A stretch of 64,000 nt of DNA from Octopus sinensis. Taxonomy: Eukaryota. The notes below the pieces were generated by a model. That model saw nothing but the letters and a program-made list of their open reading frames with translations, was not told the DNA's origin and did no database searches. Of this stretch, positions 48,445 through 56,600 are shown piece by piece; within the stretch, counting starts at the first letter, position 1; each line of letters starts with the position of its first letter. Location: positions 78,678,001 through 78,742,000 of the forward strand of contig NC_043002.1 in assembly GCF_006345805.1 (NCBI RefSeq), written 5' to 3'. Made by a program: the position numbers and the translations under genes.

Positions 48445-51400
48445 TACAGTTAATCCAAACAAGAAAATACAGAAAAAAAGAGAAAAAAACACAGCAACGC
48501 AGGACGTGGAACAATTAAAGTATTATTGACACTCAGGAAAGAAGGGAAGGAGGGTTTAACGTTTCGAGCGGAGCTCTTCGTCGGAAACAAGGAGAAGGAA
48601 AGATCCCAAGAAGGGAAGACAGAGGAAAAAATATTTGAGCTGGTGGTGCTCAAAAGATCACATGTTGAAAGAACAGAAGTTGAGAGGTAGTAGTCGAAAC
48701 ATGGTTTTATAAGGCAAGAGAGTTTCAAAAAAGGAATGCGTGTGTGTGTGTGTGTGTGCAAGATGACAAGTGTGTTTGTGCATGCGTGTGTGTGTGTGTG
48801 TGTATTTTTGGTGAATAAAAGGCAATGACGAAGTCATATACACATATACGATGGGCTTCTTCCAGTTTCCATCTACCAAATCCACTCACAAGGCTTTGGT
48901 CGGCCCAAGGCTATAGTAGAAGACACTTGCCCAAGATGCCACTGAACCTGGGACCATGTGGTTGGTAAGCAAGCTACTTGCCACACTGCCACTCCTGCGC
49001 CTATATCGTGATGTTAATTCTAGATCATCACTTAGTAACCATCACATATGAAATATTTCTTGATTTTTCACTCTATAGTATATAGCTTTCTCTTTTCTTT
49101 TCTTTTTTTACTTTGCTATTATATTATGCAAAGAAATATTCTATATCATTATTTTAGAAATCTTTGAATAAAAATTGAGTAAACTGATTGTGTTTAGGAC
49201 AGGAGCTTCCTTTCATACCATAATCTATTGAAGAGTTACAGCTAAAGGTCTGAATATGGAAGCTTAATCAAGTATCTGAAGGTGTAAAAGTATTAATGAT
49301 GATGTTCATATTGATGATAACAGTGATGTCAGTAACTAGAATTATAATGATGATTAATTAATTTTTCTCTTTTTTCCTCTTTTTTTTACAATTTCATAAA
49401 CAGAAAATTCAACTGAAGAAATACAGAAGGTAAAAAAATGTTACCCAATTTTTAAAAGAAATTTGATTAAAAATAAAAATGTCAATATAACGCCACCCCC
49501 CACCCCTTAACCTAGTGCAGTGAAGAGTTAATTACTCGATCTTCCATGATAAGAAGCTTGCATCAATCTTCCTTGTAAATCTGTTACCTGTTCTTAACAA
49601 CTGTGTGAAACAAGGCAATGTTTTAAGCTGTCAGTTACATTTTTTCAGTTTTTTTTTCTATTTGGCACTCCATTGTCATATGTGTAAAAAGTGTTAACAT
49701 CACTAGGTGAGACAAGCTGACACTGAATTAGCTTTGCTGATTGACAGGTGACGGTCTTGTTTAGAGAATGCGTGGGCTAAGACTACGTGCCTTCATTGGT
49801 CAGTTAAAGTTGAGACAGTGTCACGTGACAAGTTGCTGGGGCTGCCTTCTGGTGCCTAGCAGCAGGTATTTAAAGGGAAATTTGACAAGACAGTCAGTCG
49901 CCTGCTGACACTCATTAATGCTACATTGAAGAGGCAAGGGAACAGAAGAAAGAAGACATGCACCCAACACCAGAGCTGAAGACACCTCCGAAAGAGGGGG
50001 CCCCGCTACGTCAAAACGGTAGAGGAGTAGGAACCGAAACCGGATGTGGTTCCTCCTGATGATGTCTTGAGTTAACTGGATCCTATAAAGGAGCTGTTGT
50101 GGTAGCAGACCACAAAACACGGTTGAAATTGATAAATAAAAGTTGTTGAGGAAGAAGAGAGCTACAAAAAGCCATAAAACACCACAATAAAAATATTCTT
50201 TTTTGTGTTAATTCAAATAACATTGTTAGAAAGGATTAAAATAAATAGAAAATAAATAAATGAATAATCAAATTTACCAGACAATCCATTGGAATAAAAT
50301 TTTAGGTCCAGAACCAAAAAAAATTAAAAAAATAGATTTGTTGCTCGTTTAAACTCAAATTCATGATTAATTTAATTATTTATTTACTTGCTATTATTGT
50401 TGGTATTTTAGTTGTTTAGTTCCAGGTAAATTCTGATTGAACTGACCTATGATGAAAGGTGTTTCAGCCATGGCTATCCTGTTTTTATTGTAGACATAAT
50501 GCATAAAGGACAATATTGTTGTGTTCTCTGTTTAAGGTTGTTGTTGTTGTTTGTTCCTTCTCGAGCCATGCCTGGCTCATAGGGTCGGTTTCCCGGTTTC
50601 CTTGGCATATAGGTTGCCAAACTGGATGGGACGTCGGTCTGTCGCAGGTGATCTGCAAGATGCAGGAGGAAAGACTGAGAGAAAGTTGTGGCAAAAGAGT
50701 CAGTAGAAGTTCGCCATTACCTTCTGCTGGAGCCACGTGGAGGTTAGGTGTTTCACTCATAAACACACACATCGTCCGGTCAGAGATTCGAACCCGCAAA
50801 TAAATGCATAAATGCTTGTGTGTTTTTTTAAATGGCTAAAATGATTTGACTATGATGTAATTGCTTCAGTTTCAATATTTGATTTAATCAGTTATTCTTG
50901 GGTTGTCCTGCTTGATATCCAGTGTTGACAATAGCAAAGGATTTCAAAATGCATTCATTGCTCCCCAAGGGATTCTCTGAAATGACTGTTGGAGTTCACC
51001 TTTTACCTAAAGTGAGAATTTTCTCCAAGGAAAACACTGAGAAAATGGCCTTTTTATAGGTCAAACATGTCTCCAAAATATTTGAACTGATCTAAAAGTT
51101 TGCCAATTCTGAAACTTATGTATAAAGTTCCTCATTAAAAAAAGAAGAAGTAGTTCTCATAAATTATTTGTCTTTCCTTTCTTTCAGAGATGCCCAGTGT
51201 GTTTTGATACAGTTCCTGAAAACTTCATGGATATTTTCTGTAAATCTTTTGCCAGTGAGTATCAAAGATTCTTATGCTCTTTTATTATTGTACAAGTTGG
51301 CTGCTATTTCTAGCAAGTTATGCAACTATATAGAGATTCCCTCACTGGCTCCTACTGCTAATGTTCAAGGGAAAGGTGTCACAGCATCTTATTGATATCT

Positions 51401-54400
51401 CTGTTTTTGTGTTCATGTAAAGCACTGTTATTCCTTTATATTGACTAAAAATATGGATTCTCATTTGTTTGAGAGTGCTACCAAGAAGTTGTGGTATTCA
51501 TGTTTTAACTCAAAGATATTTGCATTGAAAATGAAATGGTTCTTGTAGGAAATTGAATAAATTACATATTTACACTGGTTAAGGTTTTCACTACAAATAT
51601 TCTATAGAAATTATAGCCAGCACAGATTTTTGTTGCAATGTTTCTTATCCAAGATGTCAGATATGAAACATCATAACAAGCATCAGTGCTTTAGTAAATC
51701 TGATACTCTTTTTCTATAGACTATCTAGGGAAAACCTTAACAAGTGGTGTAAAGTGCACTGCTAACGCAGTAGAACATGGTATTGACTTATAAAAATGTT
51801 TAATGTACTTTACAGCATGTAGGGATCTAGCTTGACCATGCCTGAGGTTTGAAACCAAATCTACCTGCTTGTTGCTTGTCAAAACAAGTGGGGGGGGGAG
51901 AAATCCTCTCCACACTAGATGATTGATGAGGAAACACTCCATACTCTAGGACCTGTGCTGGTCAAGGAAAGATCAGTCCTTTGTTTAGGGTTTGACCTAC
52001 ATTACTGACCATAGTCTTTATAACAGAGAACACTTCCTATCTCTTCCTCTTTTGTGTCAGTCAGACTAAGGAGAAACACCCTCTTTTGTGTTAGCCATGA
52101 TCAAGAGCAGCACTTTCCTTGTCCACATGAAAGACGATGCCATCTCTATCCTTTCTTCCTTTCTAGTCAGTACCGTGCATTCCTTACTCTTTCACTCTCT
52201 ACTGACAGACAACCTTTTTCTACACTATCAACTACTATCCAGCGAGCCATCCTTGTTGTCACTATCACTAGAATTACTACTGTTACTTTAACTACCTGTT
52301 GGGCAAACAAATAAATATATGTAAATAATATTTCTTCCTTCTTGGTGTTGATTCTTTGATGTTTACTGGTACTCCGACGCGAGAACCTTAAAGCATTACA
52401 TCTACATGCTACATTTAGTTGTGAACTACTTCATATTAACCTGCTATCACATCTTTTATCCAACCCACTACAAGTATATTATGGTTGCATAACTAAATAC
52501 CGCATCCCTGCAAGTCATTAATATTTACATTGGTGTCTCTGCTGCTAATTTCTTATATAGAAAAAGGGGTCCCAATTTCATAGAGGAGTGGAATCTTTTT
52601 TTTAGCTTTTACTTGTCTCAGTCACTCGAATGTGGCCATGCTGGGGCACCACCTTGAAAACTTTAGTTGAACAAATCAACTCCAGTACTTATTTTAAAGT
52701 CTGATACTTATTATATCAGTCTCTTTTGCCAAAGCACTAAGTTTGAAGGATGTAAACAAACCAACACTGGTTGTCAGATGTGTGTGTGTGCACATATTTG
52801 TATATGTTTAAACAATGGGCTCCTACATAGTTTCCATGTACCAAATTCCCTCACAAAGATTGGTTGGCTTGGGTTTATGATAGAAAACACTTGCCCAAGG
52901 CGTGTTTTACTTTTTGTGTTAGCAGTGCAATAGTCTCATTTTAAAGTTTAACTCTATAGATTTTCTTTAGAGAAAGTCTAATAGAGATAAACCTAAAAAT
53001 TAAATTTAGATGTACAGTATATTTATTTATACAATTGATATAAAAATCATAAATGAAGATTAGATAAATTTGTGCCAGAAACTGAAGTTATACAAATAAT
53101 TTAAATTAAAAGTGTTTGGTTAAAAATAAAGTAACATGAATAAAGTAACAAAAGGAAAATCATTGGATACTGACTAATAATAGTCAATATCAACAGGAGA
53201 ATGTCAGTGAATATGTATACAACAGAACCATATGTCCATAATTTCAACAAGACAGAACCTCCCACCAAGCCTATAAGAACTTGCCCTTAACTAATTTTCA
53301 AACCGTTGCATTGGAACCGTATTAATGACCAGTGATGCAATGAAAATTTCCACCTATCTTGAATTAACTGTTTCTAATATAGGCACAAACCTTGCAATTT
53401 TGTGGGGAGCAAGTCAATTACATTGAACACAGTACTTGACTGGTACTTTAATTTATTGCTCGACCATCTCCCACCTACTTCCAAGGATGACACAAAGTCA
53501 ACATTGGCAGAAATTGAAGTCAGAGTATAAAGAGATGGGAGAAATGCCACTAAGCATTTTGTCCAATATGTTAATGAATCTTTTAGCTCACAATCTTCTT
53601 GCTAGCTCACCACCTCTTCTAAGCAAGTCTGACACATTTTGTCTGCTTTTTGATGGCTAAAATAACTCTTCCATGATATAATTACATTAGCAAGGTAAAC
53701 ACAAAGAAATAAGCATAACCATTTTTAAGCCCAGGCTTGTTAGAAGCTTATCATTATACTTGATATATGTTCTGTGTATTACATAAAAACAGATTTCATT
53801 TTATTAGGTTATGAAGGATCATTGAATAACTAAATATCTTTTACAGCTTATAAAGTTGGTTTGATGAACGCCCCTACAAAATTGAAGATTTATTCAAATG
53901 AAAGACCCAAGCCAAGAGAAATAATAAACTCAGCAGTTAAGCTTGATATTGATAGTAATTGTAAATGTGACAATTTGAAACATAAAGGTAAGTTTCTATC
54001 TTTTATTTTTTACCTTTTACTTATTTCAGTCATTAGACTGTGGCCTTACTAGGACACTGAGGGGTTTAGTCAAATAAATTGACCCAAGTATTTATTTACT
54101 TTTGAAGTCCAGTACTTATTCTATCAGTCTCTTTGGAACACATGCACAAGGTACTGCACAAAGGGACTGAACCTGAAACCACGTGGTTGATCAACAAAAG
54201 AGCTTTTACATAGCTCTTCATTACTGCTCATTACACCAGGTAGCACAAAAATTACCTTTTGAAAACTTAGATAATTTTTTAATGAAAAAAGAAGAAAAAA
54301 AAAACTGTTAAATATATTTATTTTGGACTTTAGTAAGTAATTATTTTCCACTAACTGTAGAATATAACATACTGCAAATGTCTTTCATTTTCAATTTCCA

Positions 54401-55417
54401 GATTCATATAAATTTTAAAATGGAAAGTGATTTTTGTGCCATTCTATATAAGCCAAATCTTTCTTAACACACTTTCAACCATTTTTAAAATAAGGGTCAA
54501 ATTTTTTCTCTTAAACCACTGGTCAGTATGATTCACTTAAGAATAGAAGGCTTACCAATAGAAACATCATCAGGATGTATTCAAAGAATAATAAAATAAT
54601 AACAATATGATAATGACAATAATTTCCTTCTTTTTTATTATTTCAATTAATGATATGGTTTTATTGGCAAATATATCCCTAAATCTTTGTAGATAGTCCA
54701 ATCAATCAATTGTAGGGAATAGTCTTATGCTGTGTATCAGGGGCTGAAAGTGATCACTGAGAAGGGGTTTTGCCAATTGAGGTTGAAATCTTTTTTCTGA
54801 ATGCCATCCAGCTTTTCTTTTCTTCTACTTGCTTCAGTCATTCAACTGCAACTAGTCGAACAAATCGACCCTAGGACTTATTCTTTAGAAGCCTAGCACT
54901 TATTCTTTCGGTCTCCTTTGCCGATCTGCTAAGGATGTAAACACACCAGCATCGGTTGCCAAGCGATGGTGGGAGGGCAAACACTCACACACACACACAC
55001 ACACACACACATAAAGAGCTTCTTTCAGTTTCTGTCTATCAAATCCACTCACAAGGCTTTGGTTGGCCTGAGGCTATAGTAGAAGACACTTGCCCAAGGT
55101 GCCATGCAGTGGGACTGAACCCAGAATCATGTGGTAGAGAAGCAAGCTTCTTACCATGCAGCCATGCCTGTACCTATACGTAAAGAAAATTTTAAATGAT
55201 TTTCCAGATTATGGTATTCAAAATAGTGTTATATATTATTATAAATTTTTAATCTTTTCCAGTATCCTCCACACTAGCAGTTGTAACCAGGAAAAATCTC
55301 TATGATGCTGCTGCCAAGAAGATTCAGCTAAATGAATATTCTTCAATATTTCCAACTTCTATGATCAAAAATATTCGTACGGAGTTGAAGACATCTTCAT
55401 GCAAAATCGGTGCATAG
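3442..55417 (+). CDS. Alpha-2-macroglobulin-like thioester-containing protein (TEP), 3' part of a spliced gene (15 exons in window, 5' exons upstream), with C-terminal NTR module
   Basis: Hand-assembled phase-compatible GT-AG exons: 3442-3537, 12375-12551, 18223-18542, 20932-21103, 22312-22535, 26706-26918, 28700-28818, 33266-33350, 40478-40558, 44651-44753, 46471-46512, 49404-49429, 51188-51254, 53847-53987, 55263-55417(TAG). Motifs [45 protein letters not shown]...[64 protein letters not shown]2M-type cysteines (GCF / NAMACL / GAGC). Confidence 0.95.
3619..3727. mobile_element. Short piggyBac-type MITE
   Basis: TTAA|CCTTTAGC ... GCTAAAGG|TTAA. Confidence 0.7.
3763..3955 (+). mobile_element. 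SINE family 1, partial, duplicated head
   Basis: Similarity to 2203-2380. Confidence 0.8.
3966..4298 (+). mobile_element. tRNA-derived SINE family 3
   Basis: A box TAGCTCAGTGG 3975-3985, B box GAGTTCGAATCC 4018-4029, then non-tRNA body. Confidence 0.8.
4310..4692 (+). mobile_element. RTE 3' UTR-derived element, (GAT)n tail
   Basis: Ends GGACGTTAAACGATGATGATG, as the RT-bearing copy does at 44045-44075. Confidence 0.85.
5815..5948 (-). mobile_element. RTE 3' end, truncated
   Basis: (CAT)n GTTTAGCGTCCGC... motif. Confidence 0.8.
5950..7075 (-). mobile_element. Penelope-like element fragment (N-terminal ORF and first RT motifs), frameshifted
   Basis: Minus-strand SLKDIPIPS...[10 protein letters not shown]...KFKSRKEPP, then in shifted frames [46 protein letters not shown]...FIQIDI; hammerhead upstream. 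Confidence 0.8.
7027..7069 (-). ncRNA. Minimal type I hammerhead ribozyme (canonical core)
   Basis: CCAC CUGAAGA UUGUC-gaucaa-GACAA GAAA C-gauu-G UA GUGG; all core nucleotides present; GUA cleavage triplet. Confidence 0.75.
7195..8143. repeat. About 320-bp direct repeat (7195-7515 and 7825-8143) in a G-poor A/C-rich tract
   Basis: AATTACCACGAATT...CACGCAAAACAC repeated at 630-bp offset. Confidence 0.85.
8145..8920. repeat. Compound (TA)n/(TATG)n microsatellite, about 780 bp
   Basis: Direct reading. Confidence 0.97.
8920..10170 (-). mobile_element. RTE 3' UTR-derived element with about 61-bp internal tandem modules and an internal duplication
   Basis: (CAT)n start; GTGCCACCGACACAGGTGCCAGACGAGGCTGGC... 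repeated 4-5 times at 9091-9340; 9470-9640 recurs near 9790-9930. Confidence 0.85.
10659..10930. mobile_element. Penelope-like 5'-end fragment with spacer-less inverted duplication
   Basis: Palindrome centred 10750/10751; homologous to 6840-7005. Confidence 0.75.
11480..11995 (+). mobile_element. RTE 3' UTR-derived element
   Basis: Same modules and (GAT)n tail. Confidence 0.85.
12375..12551 (+). CDS. TEP thioester exon: [59 protein letters not shown]
   Basis: TAG acceptor, GTAATT donor; intact GCGEQ at 12431-12445. Confidence 0.97.
12754..14029 (+). mobile_element. Full-length mariner transposon (1276 bp), transposase pseudogene 12936-13956, mellifera-like
   Basis: TA TSD on both sides, TIR TTGGGT(C/T)GTCCGGAAAGTT; [32 protein letters not shown] (DD34D); one in-frame stop and frameshifts. 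Confidence 0.95.
14225..14738 (+). mobile_element. RTE 3' UTR-derived element carrying a 65-bp TEP exon copy (14271-14335)
   Basis: UTR modules and (GAT)n tail; insert matches 12469-12533. Confidence 0.85.
15566..16765 (-). CDS. Retrotransposon ORF1/gag-like protein, 399 aa (RRM-like segments, CCHC zinc knuckle, basic NLS)
   Basis: LWVCGLPP...[35 protein letters not shown] (CX2CX4HX4C); KKKKRKKR; no stops; GC-richer than flanks. Confidence 0.85.
   Translation of the reverse strand: MAKAKNFTVWELTPPKKYLHEIEEKTVVLRTYSKSLDTIMVFPRDIIVNELADYMPAVKHIQWGVKYATVWLLFDSAEAACKFASQPIEGDEILFLPSYKGEKLLRLWVCGLPPGFEPEWVEDSIRRGLSGGSAKILNVKMQPAANWEGGKATLTLWTQSAKSLVLPDFLKMAGSKYPVMLEGRAPKCHLCSETGHIKKKCPRDQSRILEKLISDPLPAPPIEGEKQNEEAETSSTRKRKVGNNGDPLKDQEATGDRVDPACATPEPQPPVAHGKKKKRKKRNGTPPADCNTQTASPMSPPPFVVVWPEKYYVVLFYKGGTIEDEMGKMRKRNQWEGLRSCMECPGWPSQLAAEVLLHDDRCRFEKSFPEDSYQIIPVCGGLTTNDCVNKARAFIGRVT
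17085..17680. repeat. Three tandem 200-bp monomers in the 5' UTR of the ORF1-only element
   Basis: CACTCGACACAGGCAG starts at 17102, 17302 and 17502. Confidence 0.93.
18223..18542 (+). CDS. TEP TED exon: [43 protein letters not shown]...[17 protein letters not shown]...ATYAPNH
   Basis: 320 nt open frame, AAG acceptor, GTATGT donor, conserved A2M_comp motifs. Confidence 0.96.
18665..19035. mobile_element. Foldback/MITE-like inverted repeat, arms about 185 bp
   Basis: Centre TTCTTCTAT-gatgtgtt-ATAGAAGAA (18841-18866); arms align through GCCAAATAAA/TTTATTTGGC. Confidence 0.85.
19140..19685 (+). mobile_element. RTE 3' UTR-derived element
   Basis: Modules and (GAT)n tail. Confidence 0.85.
20932..21103 (+). 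CDS. TEP TED exon: [38 protein letters not shown]...RVIRD
   Basis: TAG acceptor, GTAAGA donor, phase 0-1; A..CL......YT.AL..YA..L motif. Confidence 0.94.
22312..22535 (+). CDS. TEP TED exon: [10 protein letters not shown]...[13 protein letters not shown]...[17 protein letters not shown]
   Basis: TAG acceptor, GTAAAG donor, conserved motifs. Confidence 0.96.
22790..23075. repeat. Polypyrimidine/polypurine minisatellite (CCTCTTCCTTTT-type units)
   Basis: About 285 bp of almost only C/T on the + strand. Confidence 0.95.
23697..24085 (+). mobile_element. SINE family 1
   Basis: Full head, core and tail. Confidence 0.85.
24330..24720 (+). mobile_element. RTE 3' UTR-derived element (diverged)
   Basis: AACGGACATTAAATGATGATG tail. 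Confidence 0.75.
26706..26918 (+). CDS. TEP exon (TED end/CUB): [15 protein letters not shown]...[11 protein letters not shown]
   Basis: CAG acceptor, GTAGAA donor, 71 codons. Confidence 0.96.
27012..27474 (+). mobile_element. Solo LTR (463 bp, Gypsy-like)
   Basis: TGTA...TACA termini, 4-bp TSD GACA on both sides, AATAAA near 27351, Inr-like TCAGT. Confidence 0.8.
27042..27104. promoter_or_regulatory. Two NRF1-type GCGCATGCGC palindromes and an ETS-type ACTTCCGG in the LTR U3
   Basis: 27042-27051, 27093-27104; ACTTCCGG 27063-27070. Confidence 0.55.
28700..28818 (+). CDS. TEP exon: [39 protein letters not shown]
   Basis: TAG acceptor, GTGAGT donor; KYNV motif and receptor-binding-domain Cys. 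Confidence 0.9.
30155..31938. repeat. Tandem duplication, units about 887 and 878 bp
   Basis: TTCTGAGTTCAAATTCTGCC at 30155, 31042 and 31920; identical ORFs 30200-30460 and 31087-31347; a few substitutions and indels. Confidence 0.93.
30290..30610 (-). mobile_element. R4/Dong-like non-LTR fragment (restriction-like endonuclease); duplicated at about 31180-31500
   Basis: [33 protein letters not shown], then PIVIGALG...QKS..LGTAHI. Confidence 0.8.
33266..33350 (+). CDS. TEP receptor-binding domain exon: (G)[28 protein letters not shown]
   Basis: Polypyrimidine-CAG acceptor, GTAAGT donor, phase 2-0; matches SNMAIVEVKMLSGF motif. Confidence 0.92.
33745..34035 (+). mobile_element. RTE 3' UTR-derived element
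   Basis: (GAT)n tail and terminal motif. Confidence 0.8.
34305..35600 (-). mobile_element. Two RTE fragments (3' ends at about 34305 and 34650; the second includes RT C-terminus and an upstream piece)
   Basis: Reverse-complement similarity to 42540-42770 and 59050-59190. Confidence 0.8.
35882..36030. repeat. Head-to-head pair of R4/Dong-like 3' ends forming a hairpin (arms about 68 bp, 14-nt loop)
   Basis: T10-CTTCTTTCAAATTTGCTTCCATTTCTTGCCGAGTGTC / GACACTCGGCAAGAAATGGAAGCAAATTTGAAAGAAG-A10; related to 37480-37525. Confidence 0.85.
36130..36930 (+). mobile_element. Three more head-to-tail SINE family 2 copies in (ATT)n
   Basis: Heads near 36135, 36405 and 36645. Confidence 0.85.
36935..37455 (-). 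mobile_element. R4/Dong-like non-LTR 3' fragment (RLE domain)
   Basis: [19 protein letters not shown]...CRIIEIAC..D.....KE..KVERY..L..EVKQLW...VPIIVGVLG; (TAA)n tail. Confidence 0.88.
37470..38020 (-). mobile_element. Second R4/Dong-like 3' fragment (RLE domain plus 3' UTR)
   Basis: [20 protein letters not shown]...[30 protein letters not shown]...[16 protein letters not shown]. Confidence 0.88.
38520..38935 (-). mobile_element. SINE family 1
   Basis: Full copy, reverse orientation. Confidence 0.85.
40120..40282. repeat. Imperfect inverted repeat, arms about 65 bp, loop about 33 nt
   Basis: GAGTGTTAGGTAACAA...CCTACACTCATCAG versus CTGATGAGTGTAGG...TTGTTACCTAACACTC. Confidence 0.75.
40478..40558 (+). 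CDS. TEP receptor-binding domain exon: [27 protein letters not shown]
   Basis: TAG acceptor, GTATAC donor; VKR.E....V.IY motif. Confidence 0.92.
41598..44075 (+). mobile_element. 5'-truncated RTE-clade LINE: near-intact RT (to 42769) with PHD-like finger, 3' UTR with five about 183-bp tandem units, (GAT)n tail
   Basis: [52 protein letters not shown]; unit starts 42947, 43130, 43313, 43499, 43673. Confidence 0.93.
44651..44753 (+). CDS. TEP receptor-binding domain exon: [34 protein letters not shown]
   Basis: TAG acceptor, GTAAGT donor; KPA...Y.YYE motif. Confidence 0.93.
45300..46050 (+). pseudogene. Decayed RTE apurinic-endonuclease fragment
   Basis: Remnants of T.NVGTM, YK.F..G...G, V.R...RI..L.L..G..TVT..SAY.PQ.GL. 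Confidence 0.65.
46471..46512 (+). CDS. TEP 42-nt exon: [14 protein letters not shown] (end of A2M receptor-binding domain)
   Basis: TAG acceptor, GTAAGG donor, phase 1-1; possible second in-frame donor at 46543. Confidence 0.82.
47640..48000 (-). pseudogene. Possible decayed Penelope-like RT fragment
   Basis: Minus frame ...[18 protein letters not shown] resembles the HK...PLRPIIS..G motif; heavily degraded. Confidence 0.3.
48180..49003 (-). mobile_element. SINE family 1 with a nested hammerhead-bearing segment (about 48440-48730)
   Basis: SINE tail 48180-48400 and head 48830-49003. Confidence 0.8.
48554..48588 (-). ncRNA. Minimal hammerhead ribozyme-like motif (core CCGACGA)
   Basis: GUUU CCGACGA A GAGC-ucc-GCUC GAAA C GUU AAAC. 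Confidence 0.55.
49404..49429 (+). CDS. TEP 26-nt linker microexon: ENSTEEIQK
   Basis: CAG acceptor after T-rich tract, GTAAAA donor; supplies the phase 1-to-0 change needed between 46512 and 51188. Confidence 0.7.
51188..51254 (+). CDS. TEP NTR-module exon 1: [22 protein letters not shown]
   Basis: Long polypyrimidine-CAG acceptor, GTGAGT donor, phase 0-1; CxxC...C. Confidence 0.85.
51748..52529 (+). mobile_element. Probable solo LTR (782 bp)
   Basis: TGTAAA...TTTACA termini, imperfect TSD GTGG/TTGG, AATAAA near 52310. Confidence 0.45.
52610..52900 (-). mobile_element. SINE family 1, diverged
   Basis: Similarity to other copies. Confidence 0.7.
53847..53987 (+). CDS. TEP NTR-module exon 2: [47 protein letters not shown]
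   Basis: CAG acceptor, GTAAGT donor, phase 1-1; CxC motif. Confidence 0.87.
54820..55170 (-). mobile_element. SINE family 1 (another partial copy at about 54010-54205)
   Basis: Similarity to other copies. Confidence 0.8.
55263..55417 (+). CDS. TEP terminal coding exon: [51 protein letters not shown]
   Basis: CAG acceptor, open frame to TAG 55415-55417, supplies the sixth NTR Cys. Confidence 0.82.
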
Positions 55418-56562
55418 TCTGTTCTGCACTACTACTGGGCATTTAATGCTTTCATCCTCTTCACTAATATTAACTCAGTTTCCTGTACTTGGAAGTTAAT
55501 GAATTTTCAATTTTTTTTATTTCTCTTTCTATCATATGCTTTTCATCCTTTATATTTAAACATATATAGATAAGGGAATTGTCTTAGAGTATTTTCTTTT
55601 ATATTACTACTCTCACCAATTTATATGGCTGATGCAATATATTTTTAGCTGAATTTAAGTCTATTGGAGGATCTTACCATTCCAGAGAAAATGTTTAGCA
55701 GTAGTTTTTTCTGACTTTACATTCTGAGTTTGACTTTGCCTTTCATCCTTTTCAGGGGTGATAAAATAAGTACCAGTCAACATAGGGATCGATGTATTGA
55801 TGTAATCAACTAGCACCCTCCCAACAAATTTTGGGCATTGTACTTATAGTAAAAAGAATTGTATACTCTTGATATAAGATATTATCAATTCAGTTATACC
55901 TACCACTGATATAAAAATATTCTATTTTTACATATTTCTCCAATGTAGTTACAATTACAAACCTCTTTTGTAAGAAATTTAGTTGACTTTAGATCTGTAT
56001 TACTGATATAATTACCACTATGTTAATACTACTATATAAAGATTGTTTAACTCATTTTAGTTAAAATACCAATAGAGTTAACAATACATACCAGTCAGAT
56101 AAGATATCTTGATGTTAATTCTAGATCATCACTTAGCAACCATCACATATCTAGTATCTCTTGATTGTTCACTCTATAGGACTTAGTTTACTCTTTCTGT
56201 ATTTTTACTTTAATATCATGTATAAAAACATTCTACATCATTATTTTAGAAATCTTTGAATAAAAACTGAGTAAACTGATTGAATATATTTCTGTCTTTC
56301 TTCTGTGCTTTCGTTTGTTTCCCATTAAATTACATCAATGATGGTGGTGAGTTCCTTTAAGATATTGCATTGTGTGGAATGAAAGATTGAGTGTGGTGGT
56401 TAGGATGTTGGCAATTTGCCATTGCTGATTGGATATTGAGTCTGTTCGGGTAAGAATGTTTTTTTAAAACTAGAAGTAAACACACACATGCATGCACATG
56501 CACACATGCACATGCACACACACACCACACACACACGCATATGTGCAGAAATATACACATAC

Positions 56563-56600
<38 letters not shown>

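Larger units (their letters stand above)
48093..49190 (+). repeat. About 260-bp sequence (split by SINE) repeated at 56025-56282; both copies contain AATAAA
   Basis: AATACTACTATATAAAGATT...GAATAAAAA(T/C)TGAGTAAACTGATTG, roughly 80-85% identical by eye. Confidence 0.8.

Noticed and set aside
49960-50130. Hammerhead(s) around CTGAAGA and CTGATGA within an LTR-like segment (about 49480-50220)
   Set aside because: GAAA is replaced by AAAA and stems II/III do not close; no LTR termini with a TSD could be fixed.
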